Below, one piece after another: positions 1 to 8,832 of a DNA stretch of 57,354 bases. This DNA is from an uncultured virus (IMG/VR IMGVR_UViG_3300028165_000034) (taxonomy: Duplodnaviria; Heunggongvirae; Uroviricota; Caudoviricetes), in IMG/VR virus record IMGVR_UViG_3300028165_000034, positions 62,001 to 119,354 of that record; one strand, given 5' to 3'. The translations under genes were made by a program, and so were the position numbers. Below the pieces are notes generated by a model. That model did no database searches. It saw only the letters and a list, made by a program, of their open reading frames with translations, and had not been told where the DNA came from. Within the stretch, counting starts at the first letter, position 1; the number at the start of each line of letters is the position of its first letter.

Positions 1-201
1 TACAGGGTTGAACGCCATGATCTTGTAGGTACTGCCGCCGAGTGCCATCTGCACTTCTTGGCTTTCGTGCTTCTCGTCCTCAAACACAAAGCCCTGGTCG
101 CCCATCTCGGTGAGCGCACGGTGCACCTCTTCGTCCAGTGCGACGTAGCCCCAGCGCAGGTAGTTGTAGTTACCACGAGCGATAAAATGATCGAGAGTCA
201 T
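1..201 (-). CDS. Hypothetical protein, runs off window edge (partial)
   Basis: Read by hand: ATG at 201-199 overlaps the thyA stop (ATGA coupling); open frame MTLDHFIARGNYNYLRWGYV... to position 1. Confidence 0.7.
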   Translation of the reverse strand, partial: MTLDHFIARGNYNYLRWGYVALDEEVHRALTEMGDQGFVFEDEKHESQEVQMALGGSTYKIMAFNPV

Positions 202-1367
202 ACGGCCACCGGTGCGTTGATTACTTTGCCTGGAACATAGCCGTCGATGGTAATGTCTTCGACCTTGAAGTCCAGAATGGAGGAGTAGCTGCGGCGTTCA
301 ATGATGACGCGCGGCTGGGATGCTTCGTTGATTGGCGTCGCCAGTTGCTCACGCACTTGGTCAACGTGGTTGCTGTAGACGTGCGCATCACCGACGGTGT
401 GGAACAGCTTGCCTGCCTTGAGCCCGTAGATCGCGCAGAGCATGTGGGTGAAGATGGAGTAGAACGCGACGTTGTACGGCACGCCCAGGAACCAGTCACC
501 AGAGCGTTGGTAGAGCTTGCAATGCAGCACCAGCTCGCCAGTCGCATCGCGCTCGATACCCCACTGAGCGAGAGTGTGGCAAGGCGGCAGTGCCATGTCT
601 TCCAGATACGCGACGTTCCACGCCGACAGCACGTTGCGCCGTGCAGCGCTATCGTCACGCTCCTTGATGGCTTTCTCCAGACGTGCGATCTGGTCAATCT
701 CGCGGCGGATCATCAGGCGACCATCATCAGCGGTGCCCATGTGGACAAAGCCGCGCTTGCCGTACTGCTCCCATGCTGCGTTGCCGTTGTACATGACGCT
801 CGGGTCGATCAGACGCAGGTCTTCCCAGTGACGCCACTGCACGCCATACACAGGGCCCAGGTCACCGTCGAGAATCTGGTACTGGGGAATGCCGAACTTC
901 TTGAACAGTGCTTCCTGAGCTTCGAGGCGCACGGCATCATCGTTGTACCCTTCGGATGCAGCCTGCATTTCATCCCACTGGCTGCCCTTGAGCATACGGA
1001 AGCGCTCGCCCTGCTCCAGCATACGACCGAATACTTCGGTACCTGGCTTCACCCAGTTGTTCCAGAAGGCGACCTTGTTGTCGATCAGGAACTTCAGGCG
1101 ATTGGAGCCGCTGAGCATCCAGATCAGTTCGACGACTGCCTTATCCCAAAACACGTTCTTGGTAGAGGGCAGCATCACGGTAGCGCAGCCATCGTCGGCC
1201 AGCAGGTCATACTCGACGTTCACCACACCGAAGCGCGAGTAGGTGCCAGTGCCAGTACGGTCAGCCTTGATTGCGCCGCGTTCGAGCAGATACTCGGCTA
1301 CGGTCAGATAGCCATGCTCACCGTTGAGAGCAATTGGCATCATGTTACCGCTGGGAAGTTTGCGCAT
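198..1367 (-). CDS. thyA: Thymidylate synthase
   Basis: DRTGTGT, ELIWMLSG, LGPVYGVQWR, RR..SAWN, catalytic LPPCH, YQRSGD..LGVPYN, GDAHVYSNH, C-terminal APVAV; AAGGAG RBS upstream. Confidence 0.97.
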   Translation of the reverse strand: MRKLPSGNMMPIALNGEHGYLTVAEYLLERGAIKADRTGTGTYSRFGVVNVEYDLLADDGCATVMLPSTKNVFWDKAVVELIWMLSGSNRLKFLIDNKVAFWNNWVKPGTEVFGRMLEQGERFRMLKGSQWDEMQAASEGYNDDAVRLEAQEALFKKFGIPQYQILDGDLGPVYGVQWRHWEDLRLIDPSVMYNGNAAWEQYGKRGFVHMGTADDGRLMIRREIDQIARLEKAIKERDDSAARRNVLSAWNVAYLEDMALPPCHTLAQWGIERDATGELVLHCKLYQRSGDWFLGVPYNVAFYSIFTHMLCAIYGLKAGKLFHTVGDAHVYSNHVDQVREQLATPINEASQPRVIIERRSYSSILDFKVEDITIDGYVPGKVINAPVAV

Positions 1368-1447
1368 CGCTTATCTCCTTTGATTTGGCAGTCGCCATTT
1401 TCAGTAGTTCGTTTAACTCGGTGTTGTCCAGAACGTTGTAGCCGCAC

Positions 1448-2086
1448 TTAGCCAGCATCGAGTGCCGTGTCTTGTCTGGTAAGTGCTTGAAAATCCCGAG
1501 ACTCAGCAAGCTCGTTACCGTGCATCCCCAGAGTTTCTTGGATAGCCAATGCAATAGCTTCCGCATTTTCGTGTACCCATTGTTGGCTGATGGCGCCCCA
1601 GTTCAGGACGTATAAACGCTCCAGCCGATCGGTGGCGAACTCCACACCCAAGAGCGTGACGCCATCAATGATCCTGCCGATGTTCTTTCCAGTTGTCCCA
1701 AGCTCCTTCGCCAGTTCTTTCTGGGTTAGCTTGTTCTTGTCCATGACGTACAGCAACCACAGCTTGCGCAGGAACCCTACCTGAACTCGCTGGAATGGAT
1801 CGCGTGGGATGATGGCATTGGCACACTGCCGTCGAATATCCTCGCGAGCAATCTCGCCCATGAAGCGCCAGCGCTGTACGTCACGCATTTCGATACGGAC
1901 GTTGAGCATATTGGCGTAGCGTCCAAACTTCCACCACGAGCCCTGGTGCCAATAGGCATCCATGTAGTATTCACCCTCTACGGTGTAGTCTTGGACTGCA
2001 TACCAGCCTTCTTTCTTGGGCTTTCGCTGGCTGCATTCAATCCATGGACGTGGTTTGATGACTTCCTGCAGCATGTTCGTGTACAT
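1448..2086 (-). CDS. Putative DNA-binding protein: DUF551-like N-terminus plus winged HTH (HTH_43-like)
   Basis: WIECSQRKP N-terminus; LTQKELAKELGTTGKNIGRII helix-turn-helix followed by NWGAISQQWV. Confidence 0.6.
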   Translation of the reverse strand: MYTNMLQEVIKPRPWIECSQRKPKKEGWYAVQDYTVEGEYYMDAYWHQGSWWKFGRYANMLNVRIEMRDVQRWRFMGEIAREDIRRQCANAIIPRDPFQRVQVGFLRKLWLLYVMDKNKLTQKELAKELGTTGKNIGRIIDGVTLLGVEFATDRLERLYVLNWGAISQQWVHENAEAIALAIQETLGMHGNELAESRDFQALTRQDTALDAG

Positions 2087-2137
2087 CCCTATTAGTGGCA
2101 GACATGGTTGGTTTACAGTAATCCCGGTGTTCCTCAG

Positions 2138-2144
2138 TAATTTA
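2138..2144 (+). promoter_or_regulatory. Candidate late-promoter motif TAATTTA
   Basis: Intergenic, ~25 nt upstream of the first + strand virion gene; recurs at 19359, 38171 (+) and 45466-45472 (-) upstream of genes. Confidence 0.4.
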
Positions 2145-2169
2145 TCACCAATCGAATATGAGGTGTCCC

Positions 2170-2496
2170 ATGAGCAATCTTGAACTGGTGTTCGCTCTCA
2201 AGGGCCAGCGCAACATTCGTCTCGGCACTGATGCGAGTACGGGTCATGGTTGCTTTGGCCCGACAGTTCCAGCATCGGCATCCATGACGGTGTTCACCGA
2301 CCAGATCGCGGAAGTACGTGTGTCTGACAAGTACGTGCCACACTGCTGCCCATCGAAAGGGTGTCACAGCCCTGGCGTTATTGTAGGTGCCCGCATCACC
2401 TACACGGATCAGTTGGCAACACACAGGAATGGCGATCCATTGAGCTGCGGCGATATGTCGTCCAACGGCTCATTCACTACCTACAGTGGTAACTGA
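2170..2496 (+). CDS. PAAR-like spike tip protein (T4 gp5.4-like)
   Basis: D.STGHGCFGPT, YVPHCC, CHS, RNGDPLSCGD...GS metal-binding pattern; GAGGTG RBS before ATG 2170. Confidence 0.85.
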   Translation: MSNLELVFALKGQRNIRLGTDASTGHGCFGPTVPASASMTVFTDQIAEVRVSDKYVPHCCPSKGCHSPGVIVGARITYTDQLATHRNGDPLSCGDMSSNGSFTTYSGN

Positions 2497-2900
2497 TGAT
2501 GGCGGATTACAGAGACAGCCCGATCTATTCCGACATCAACCTGTATGTCGGCACCCACTCCAACAAGGAGCTGGTGTACAACGAAGACTCCATCAACCAA
2601 AACATCTTCCTGATCATCACCACACCCATTCGCTCCAAGTGGTTCCGGATTCGCTACGGGTCGAACATCCCAGCGTACCTGTTTGAACCCATGGACGATA
2701 TGACGGCGTCGCGTATCCGTACGGAAATCCGAACGCTGCTCAGTCGTAACGACGAGCTCCGTGTGACGATCACGAAGGTCAACGTATACCCGAACTACAC
2801 CTTGCAAGCGTACGGTGTCGAGGTGTACTACACGGCACCTAACTTGGACGGCAAGCCTGTGCTGTTCCAGTTTGCCCTCAACAAGCAGAATGCCGCATAG
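2496..2900 (+). CDS. Baseplate wedge protein, gp25/GPW-like
   Basis: YSDINL, SINQNIFLIITTP, YGSNIPAYLFEPMD, RVTITKVNV motifs; follows PAAR gene. Confidence 0.88.
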   Translation: MMADYRDSPIYSDINLYVGTHSNKELVYNEDSINQNIFLIITTPIRSKWFRIRYGSNIPAYLFEPMDDMTASRIRTEIRTLLSRNDELRVTITKVNVYPNYTLQAYGVEVYYTAPNLDGKPVLFQFALNKQNAA

Positions 2901-2908
2901 GAACAGTC

Positions 2909-4372
2909 ATGGCTCAACTAGCAATCAGTAAGGTCGTCGTTGACGAACAGGATATCTACAACGAGCTGGCGCGGCGTCTCGCAGAAAAGGGCACTTGGAA
3001 AGACCTGCTGCCCACGAACGTTTCGGCCACGCTGCTCACTCTTGCCTCTGGCGCAACCACAGTCAACCAGCACTACATCAACGTGTCTCTGCGTGAGGCC
3101 TTCCTCTCGACGGCCGTGCGTGACTCCTCCATCTTCGAGGGCGCTCGCTCTCTCGGTGTGAAGATTGCGCGCAAGGTCTCGGCTGGCTTGACTTGCTACC
3201 TGCAGAACAACCTGCAGTCGGTGAAGTTCATCCCTGCCTACAGTGAGTTCATGAACTCCTCGGAGAAGTATTTCAACCGTGAGCAATTGATGATCGCTCC
3301 GGGTACTGCCATCGAGGACGTCCAGCTCTACCAGGGTGAAGTGAAGCTCGTAGAGTTTGACGTGGACACGCTTGACCCAGCAGCCCTCCAGACGTTCGTG
3401 CTCTCCACTCCGAACTTCGTAGTCGCCGACATGGATATGCTTGTCTGGACAGAAGACAAGGTCTCGGGTGAAGCCACTGTCTGGAACTCGACTGACCAAG
3501 CACTGTACGAACTGGGTCCGACTGACAAAGCGTACTACGAGTTCACCACTGGTTCGGGTGACGTGGCGTTCATGTTCGGCACTGGCGACTACGGCTCCAA
3601 GCTGCCGGCAGGTACTCTGCTCAAGATTCGCTTCGTGGTCACGAAAGGCTCTACGGCCATCGGGATCAGTGGTGACAGAATCCGCATGACTTCCCAACCC
3701 GAGATTTCGGGTTTTACCACTTCCAACGTGGCTGGCGGTGGCGATCAGAAGTCTGCGCTGTACTACAAGCTGTTCGCACCCGTGATGTTCCGCTCCAATC
3801 GTAAGGCGATCAGCCCAAGCGAAGTGCGCGCCCACATCATGGCTTACCCTGGCGTTGCCGACTGCTCACTGTTCTTCCAGCGTGACGTTGCACCCAACGA
3901 TCCCAAGTGGCAGAACGTGTTGCGTGTGTGCATTCTCCCAGATAGCACTGATACCTGGGGTGGTGCCAACCCGAATCCGAAGTCTGCCGCATGGGCTGCC
4001 TTCGAACAGTGGTTGCTCAATCGCTGCCAAGCACTCGCCCAGATGCAGAGCTGGAACCCAGTGAAGATGTACGTTGGCGTCAAGGTGCTGCTCGCAGTCA
4101 ACAAGGATGTGGACATTGACGAAATGCGCATCCTCGTGACCGAGCGTATCCTGAAACTCTTCCAGCGTAAGCCCGGCATCTTGGGTCGCCGCCTTTCCAA
4201 GTCTGACATTGAAAACGCCTGCCGTCTGCAAGGTGTGGACTACATTGAAATCCTCTCGCCTTCTGAGGAAATCATTCCGCCTGATCGCACCATGTATTGC
4301 GTGCTCGATGGCAGCCCAGTAGTCAACATCGTGTACACCGAACGTACCGCAGGTATCTCTGGAGCCAACTGA
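2909..4372 (+). CDS. Baseplate wedge protein, T4 gp6 / P2 J-like
   Basis: EAFLSTA.RDSSI..GAR.LG, FGTGDYG..LP.G, AGGGD, R.AISPSE motifs; synteny. Confidence 0.85.
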   Translation: MAQLAISKVVVDEQDIYNELARRLAEKGTWKDLLPTNVSATLLTLASGATTVNQHYINVSLREAFLSTAVRDSSIFEGARSLGVKIARKVSAGLTCYLQNNLQSVKFIPAYSEFMNSSEKYFNREQLMIAPGTAIEDVQLYQGEVKLVEFDVDTLDPAALQTFVLSTPNFVVADMDMLVWTEDKVSGEATVWNSTDQALYELGPTDKAYYEFTTGSGDVAFMFGTGDYGSKLPAGTLLKIRFVVTKGSTAIGISGDRIRMTSQPEISGFTTSNVAGGGDQKSALYYKLFAPVMFRSNRKAISPSEVRAHIMAYPGVADCSLFFQRDVAPNDPKWQNVLRVCILPDSTDTWGGANPNPKSAAWAAFEQWLLNRCQALAQMQSWNPVKMYVGVKVLLAVNKDVDIDEMRILVTERILKLFQRKPGILGRRLSKSDIENACRLQGVDYIEILSPSEEIIPPDRTMYCVLDGSPVVNIVYTERTAGISGAN

Positions 4373-7300
4373 TGGACAAGCTCACATTCGAGCGGCTGCA
4401 GCCTGAGATTTTCTACGCGCAGCCGTGGATTCAGGACTTCGTGGACGTCTACGCCGAGGTGCTGAACGACCGCATCCGCTATCCGATCTACCAGCTTGAG
4501 ACCATCCGTGACATTACCAAGGTCATCGACCCATGGGTAGTGACGCAGACCCTAAAGCAAATCGGCTTCGACCTGCCACAGGACTTCATCAAGCACAACA
4601 TCCCCACGCTCAACCAAGCGATTCCGCAGCTGTCGATCTACGCAGAGCGCTCTGGTACCAATGACTACCCGCATACCATTGCGTTCATCCTGGGTCGTTC
4701 AGTTGATGCGATTGGCCTGTACACCGAGAACTACCAAGACTTCTACTCGCAAGCCTACGGGCCACTGCAGGTAGATGGTGGTGACTGGTTCAAGACCACG
4801 CACATCGAACTGGGGATGCAGTACCTGCCACAGGACTACAAGTTGCTGCTCCCACGTGGGAAGACCATCAAGGACCGGTTCCTCGAGGCGTTCTATGAGT
4901 TCGCCCCATGGAACATCGTGGTAGAGCGCTTCTTCTTCAACGTGGACGTGGGTGCAAACCTTCACCTATCTGGGCGCATCGTCAAGCAGCCCAAGCGTTA
5001 CATCGACGTGGGTGTTGGTGAAATGCACGTGGAGAACGTGAAGATCGTTGGCCCAACTGAGGTATACGAGGGCAGCGAGCAGGAGTTTGAGCTAATCATC
5101 ACGCTCGCCAACGGCAGTGAAGGCACACCGGGTACTCCTGACATTCCAGGCACTCCCGGTACGCCGTACATTCCCGAGGTACCATATCAGCCTGCTGTCC
5201 CAGCTGTTCCAGGCAGCCCTGAGATTCCGTACCAGCCTGCGAAGCCTGAGGTGCAAGCGCAACCTGCTGTGCCAGAGATACCGTACCAGCCAGCAGTGCC
5301 TGAAGTACCTTATCAGGCAGCCGTTCCAGAAGTGCAGTACAAGCCCGCTGTGCCTGCTACGCCGTATCAGCCAGCAGTACCACCGCAAGATGCGTATACC
5401 CAGACAGGCACGTTCAAGCCTCTCATGGGTGTCGCTGGTTGGAACGCACAGGAAGCCACGATCAGCACCTTCGCCGAGATTGAGCCGAACTCGGAGTTCA
5501 GCATCGACGCGCCGGGTGAGAACGACTACGGCTATGTGTGCTATCCAAAGGCAATGGGTGAAGCACGGTTCACCGACAAGGTGTCCAACTTCGAAGGTGG
5601 ATGGGATGGTGCATCGTGGCCTGATCAGGACGTAGGTGATGAATACGGGCCTATTGAGATTGAGCGCACAGTCAATGGTGTGACGCTCACGTGGTACCTG
5701 TACCGTACCGACTTCTCGGGCATTGGTTCAGCTACATACGACTTCCAAGTGCCTAACCCGCAGAACGGTAGTTACTCGATCTACCACGAGGCAGTCCCGG
5801 GCAAGCCAGAAGTACCGGCTAACCCAGGCTCTCCTGAAGTGCCGTACCAAGCAGCCAAGCCAGAGGTCCCATATCAGGCTGCTGTTCCAGAAATCCCGTA
5901 TCAAGCAGGTAAGCCAGCAGTGCCTTATCAGCCTGCGACGCCTGAGATTCCATACCAACCTGCTGTGCCTGCTGTACCAGGTAAGCCAGAAGTCCCATAC
6001 CAGCCAGCAGTGCCAGCAACACCAGGCACTCCAGCGATTCCGGGTACTCCTGCTACGCCAGCAGTGGACACCTACTTCACGCAGACAGTCCGTGTGAAGG
6101 GTGTATGGAACAGTAGTCGCACTGGCCTCGTGGGCTTCAATGGTGACTTCGCCTCCTTTGGCAACGTCAGCTTTGATACCGACGTGGTGATCTATGGCGA
6201 GTACGAGGGTATGTCCGCCAGCCTGAACGTCAAGGTGAAGAACAGCGCCAGCAACATCAGGACCATCGAGATTCAAGGCCCTGACAGTGTCCGTGCGAAC
6301 GAGTTTGGCACCTACCAAGTGGTAGCTCATACCACAGGCGGTGATGAAACCCACGACCTGACGATCACCACGCGCTCCACACTGGGTTACATGCAGGGCA
6401 ACAACCTCCATGTGTACCAGATCGACGCTGATGGTGAGGTGATCCTGAGCGCCGAGTGCAAGCTCCCTGATGGGCAGACGCTCACCGCCGTGAAGAAGGT
6501 GCAGGCCATCTTCGTGGACCCTGATGTTCACCTTGTGGACCTTGAGATACTCGGCCCTGACAGCTTCTACGAGAACGAGGTGAAGCAATACACCCTCGTG
6601 GCGCATTACTCGGATGGAACGCACAAGGGCGTACTGGGTGCATGGGATCCCGGCTGTGGTGCCATCTACATCACACCTGATGGTGAGGCCTACATCACCG
6701 AGACACTGGCCGAGTTGGACATTACCTTCAAGGCCACGCACCAGTACAAGGGTGTCAAGCTCACGGCAACCAAGCCTGTGTCCTTCCTCCGCCGGACGGT
6801 TAGCGTGGTGCATACGGAGATTCTTGGACCAAACCAAGTGGTGGAAAACACCAAGAATCGCTACGTTGTGTCCGCCCGATTCTCGGATGGTTCTACGGGC
6901 ATAGTGGATGCAGATTGGACAACAAATCGCTTCTATATTGACGAAAGAGGGTACCTGGAGGTGGGCTCTGTTGGCTCCACACCGGTCAATCTCCAGTTGC
7001 GTGCTCGCGTCAACGGGCGGGATGCCATCAAGCAGATCGTAGCCATCAATACACCGGTGACATTGGACAACATCCTTGTCATGGGCCCGGATAACGTCCG
7101 GGAAGGCAGCTTGGGCAAGTTCACTGCATACGCACACTACTCCAATGGCCGTGACGTGGAAATCACGCCCACGTGGTCGATTAAGGGTGATCCTGCATGG
7201 GCATCCATTGACGTCAACGGGTTGCTGTCGTTCGAGGACCCACTGGTTGGTATCGTGGAGGTTGTTGCTACATACCGGCTGGGTGGTAAGGCATACGTGC

Positions 7301-8574
7301 AGAGCAAGCCACTTGTCTTGATTCCGAACACACGGATCATTCAGGGCTTGATTATCAGTGGCCCTAACACGGTCATGGAAGGTGCACGGATTGTGCTCAC
7401 TGGCACCGCCGTGTACTCTGATGGATTGCTTGAAACGGTGAGCCCACAGTGGACCGTGCAGTCTGCTGACCCATTGAACGATCCAGACCCAATGGCGGAC
7501 ATTGTATCGCCTGGCGTGCTGCAAGGACGTGTGGTTGAAAAGGACACCAAGGTCACGGCGATTGCCCGCTACTTCAAGGAGATTGCCGAGTTTGAAATCA
7601 CCGTAACGCCACGTATCGTCAACTCGCCTGACAAGCCTGTGAGCAGCCGGATCATTGGACCTGCCGCCTTCTACGTCACCGAGCGTGGTTCGTACTCCCA
7701 TGCCATCGTGTTCGAGGAGTGTGCGAATGAGCTATTGGTGAGTAGTGACTGGACGATTGACGCTGATCCTCTCGTGGCTGCAATTGATAGTGCTGGCTTC
7801 GTCTGGTCCGTGAATGGTAAGTCCACGACTGCCACGATCACCTCGACGTACCAGTGTGGCACCTATACCCTTGTCGATTCGATGGTCATCAACATCATCG
7901 GCGATGAGGACCAGTTGAAGTCGCTGGCGATCTACGGGCCTGAGACAATCAACGGTGCCAAGCAGGAACTCTACACGTCGGAGCTCTTCCGTAATGGTGA
8001 GACTGAGACACCAGGCAAAGGGCATCCTGTGCAGCCTGAGTGGAGCATCGTTTCCCCAGATGGTCGCGTAGTTGTCAACGGCGCTGGTCAGGTGAACGTA
8101 ATTGACGCCTCCAAAGCGTTCAAGTTTATCCTGAAGGCCACGTACAAGGAAGGGTTCGAGACTGTCACGGCGACCAAGGAGATTAGCGTGATTGCTGAGG
8201 TAGACAGTACCCCGATCTACGGCTTGGCCCAGATTGGCGTGCGTAACGACCCTGCGATTGCAGACAAGCTGACCAACCATTTGCCTACAATGGCATCTGG
8301 CCAGAAGTTTACGCTGACTGCTGGCGCTGGCGAATACATGTACTTCTGCTACCCTGCGACACTCGGCCTCGCCAAGTTCGTTGACCAAGCCTCCAACTTT
8401 GAAGGCGGATTCGACGGAGCGTCCTGGCCTGATGATGGCTCTGTAGGTGAGCAGTACGGTCCAATCACTGTCGCGCGCACTGATGCGTCCGGCACAACAT
8501 CCAACTGGTATCTGTATCGCTCCGACTTTGACGGCAACGGCACGATGACCTTCGAAGTAACCTTCGGGAATTAA
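4372..8574 (+). CDS. Large baseplate-associated protein (gp7/P2 I-like N-terminus, tandem Ig-like domains, Pro-rich repeats)
   Basis: True start ATG 4372 overlaps upstream TGA; about 8 repeats of I.GP..V.E....Y...A.YSDG (Ig-like); duplicated FEGG(W/F)DGASWPD domain. Confidence 0.75.
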   Translation: MDKLTFERLQPEIFYAQPWIQDFVDVYAEVLNDRIRYPIYQLETIRDITKVIDPWVVTQTLKQIGFDLPQDFIKHNIPTLNQAIPQLSIYAERSGTNDYPHTIAFILGRSVDAIGLYTENYQDFYSQAYGPLQVDGGDWFKTTHIELGMQYLPQDYKLLLPRGKTIKDRFLEAFYEFAPWNIVVERFFFNVDVGANLHLSGRIVKQPKRYIDVGVGEMHVENVKIVGPTEVYEGSEQEFELIITLANGSEGTPGTPDIPGTPGTPYIPEVPYQPAVPAVPGSPEIPYQPAKPEVQAQPAVPEIPYQPAVPEVPYQAAVPEVQYKPAVPATPYQPAVPPQDAYTQTGTFKPLMGVAGWNAQEATISTFAEIEPNSEFSIDAPGENDYGYVCYPKAMGEARFTDKVSNFEGGWDGASWPDQDVGDEYGPIEIERTVNGVTLTWYLYRTDFSGIGSATYDFQVPNPQNGSYSIYHEAVPGKPEVPANPGSPEVPYQAAKPEVPYQAAVPEIPYQAGKPAVPYQPATPEIPYQPAVPAVPGKPEVPYQPAVPATPGTPAIPGTPATPAVDTYFTQTVRVKGVWNSSRTGLVGFNGDFASFGNVSFDTDVVIYGEYEGMSASLNVKVKNSASNIRTIEIQGPDSVRANEFGTYQVVAHTTGGDETHDLTITTRSTLGYMQGNNLHVYQIDADGEVILSAECKLPDGQTLTAVKKVQAIFVDPDVHLVDLEILGPDSFYENEVKQYTLVAHYSDGTHKGVLGAWDPGCGAIYITPDGEAYITETLAELDITFKATHQYKGVKLTATKPVSFLRRTVSVVHTEILGPNQVVENTKNRYVVSARFSDGSTGIVDADWTTNRFYIDERGYLEVGSVGSTPVNLQLRARVNGRDAIKQIVAINTPVTLDNILVMGPDNVREGSLGKFTAYAHYSNGRDVEITPTWSIKGDPAWASIDVNGLLSFEDPLVGIVEVVATYRLGGKAYVQSKPLVLIPNTRIIQGLIISGPNTVMEGARIVLTGTAVYSDGLLETVSPQWTVQSADPLNDPDPMADIVSPGVLQGRVVEKDTKVTAIARYFKEIAEFEITVTPRIVNSPDKPVSSRIIGPAAFYVTERGSYSHAIVFEECANELLVSSDWTIDADPLVAAIDSAGFVWSVNGKSTTATITSTYQCGTYTLVDSMVINIIGDEDQLKSLAIYGPETINGAKQELYTSELFRNGETETPGKGHPVQPEWSIVSPDGRVVVNGAGQVNVIDASKAFKFILKATYKEGFETVTATKEISVIAEVDSTPIYGLAQIGVRNDPAIADKLTNHLPTMASGQKFTLTAGAGEYMYFCYPATLGLAKFVDQASNFEGGFDGASWPDDGSVGEQYGPITVARTDASGTTSNWYLYRSDFDGNGTMTFEVTFGN
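5122..6066 (+). repeat. Two Pro-rich coding repeat arrays (PE(V/I)PYQ(P/A)AV, PGT) flanking a globular domain
   Basis: Arrays at ~5122-5397 and ~5788-6066 with 9-residue period. Confidence 0.9.
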
Positions 8575-8583
8575 GGAACTACC

Positions 8584-8829
8584 ATGAAAGTAAAAATGAC
8601 CACCGGCCGTGAAGTGTACAACCCGCACGCCGAAGTACAAGCGCCAGCGCAACACACGGCTGTCGCCAATGGGAATGCCGAGATTGCTGTCGCGGCTGTC
8701 GATAACACCAGCGAAGGCAACTGCCCGAAGTGCCGTAAAGCCATGGGCACAGCGATGATCCCTGCTGGTCAGGTGTACTACTGCCCGACCTGCCGGGTCT
8801 CGACGCCAATCAGCGACTGCGAGGGTTAA
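8584..8829 (+). CDS. Small zinc-ribbon protein
   Basis: CPKC...YYCPTC; AAGGA RBS. Confidence 0.75.
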   Translation: MKVKMTTGREVYNPHAEVQAPAQHTAVANGNAEIAVAAVDNTSEGNCPKCRKAMGTAMIPAGQVYYCPTCRVSTPISDCEG

Positions 8830-8832
8830 TCC

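Noticed and set aside
198..1367. Possible dCMP hydroxymethylase / DNA hypermodification gene
   Set aside because: The specificity residue in LGVPYN is Asn as in dUMP-specific ThyA (dCMP-modifying enzymes have Asp), and no modification genes are adjacent in this window.
1345..1566. 73-aa - strand ORF bridging the HTH gene and thyA
   Set aside because: Overlaps both neighbours in another frame with no motif or clear RBS; cannot be supported.
4297..4371. Upstream extensions of ORF-track starts (also 17877, 25208, 30339, 39151, 40978, 42375, 44016, 52715, 57311)
   Set aside because: Downstream ATGs have RBSs or stop/start coupling, and the extensions overlap other genes or terminators.
5122..6066. 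Possible CRISPR-like or non-coding repeat array
   Set aside because: Repeats are in-frame, degenerate at third codon positions and lack unique spacers, so they are coding repeats.
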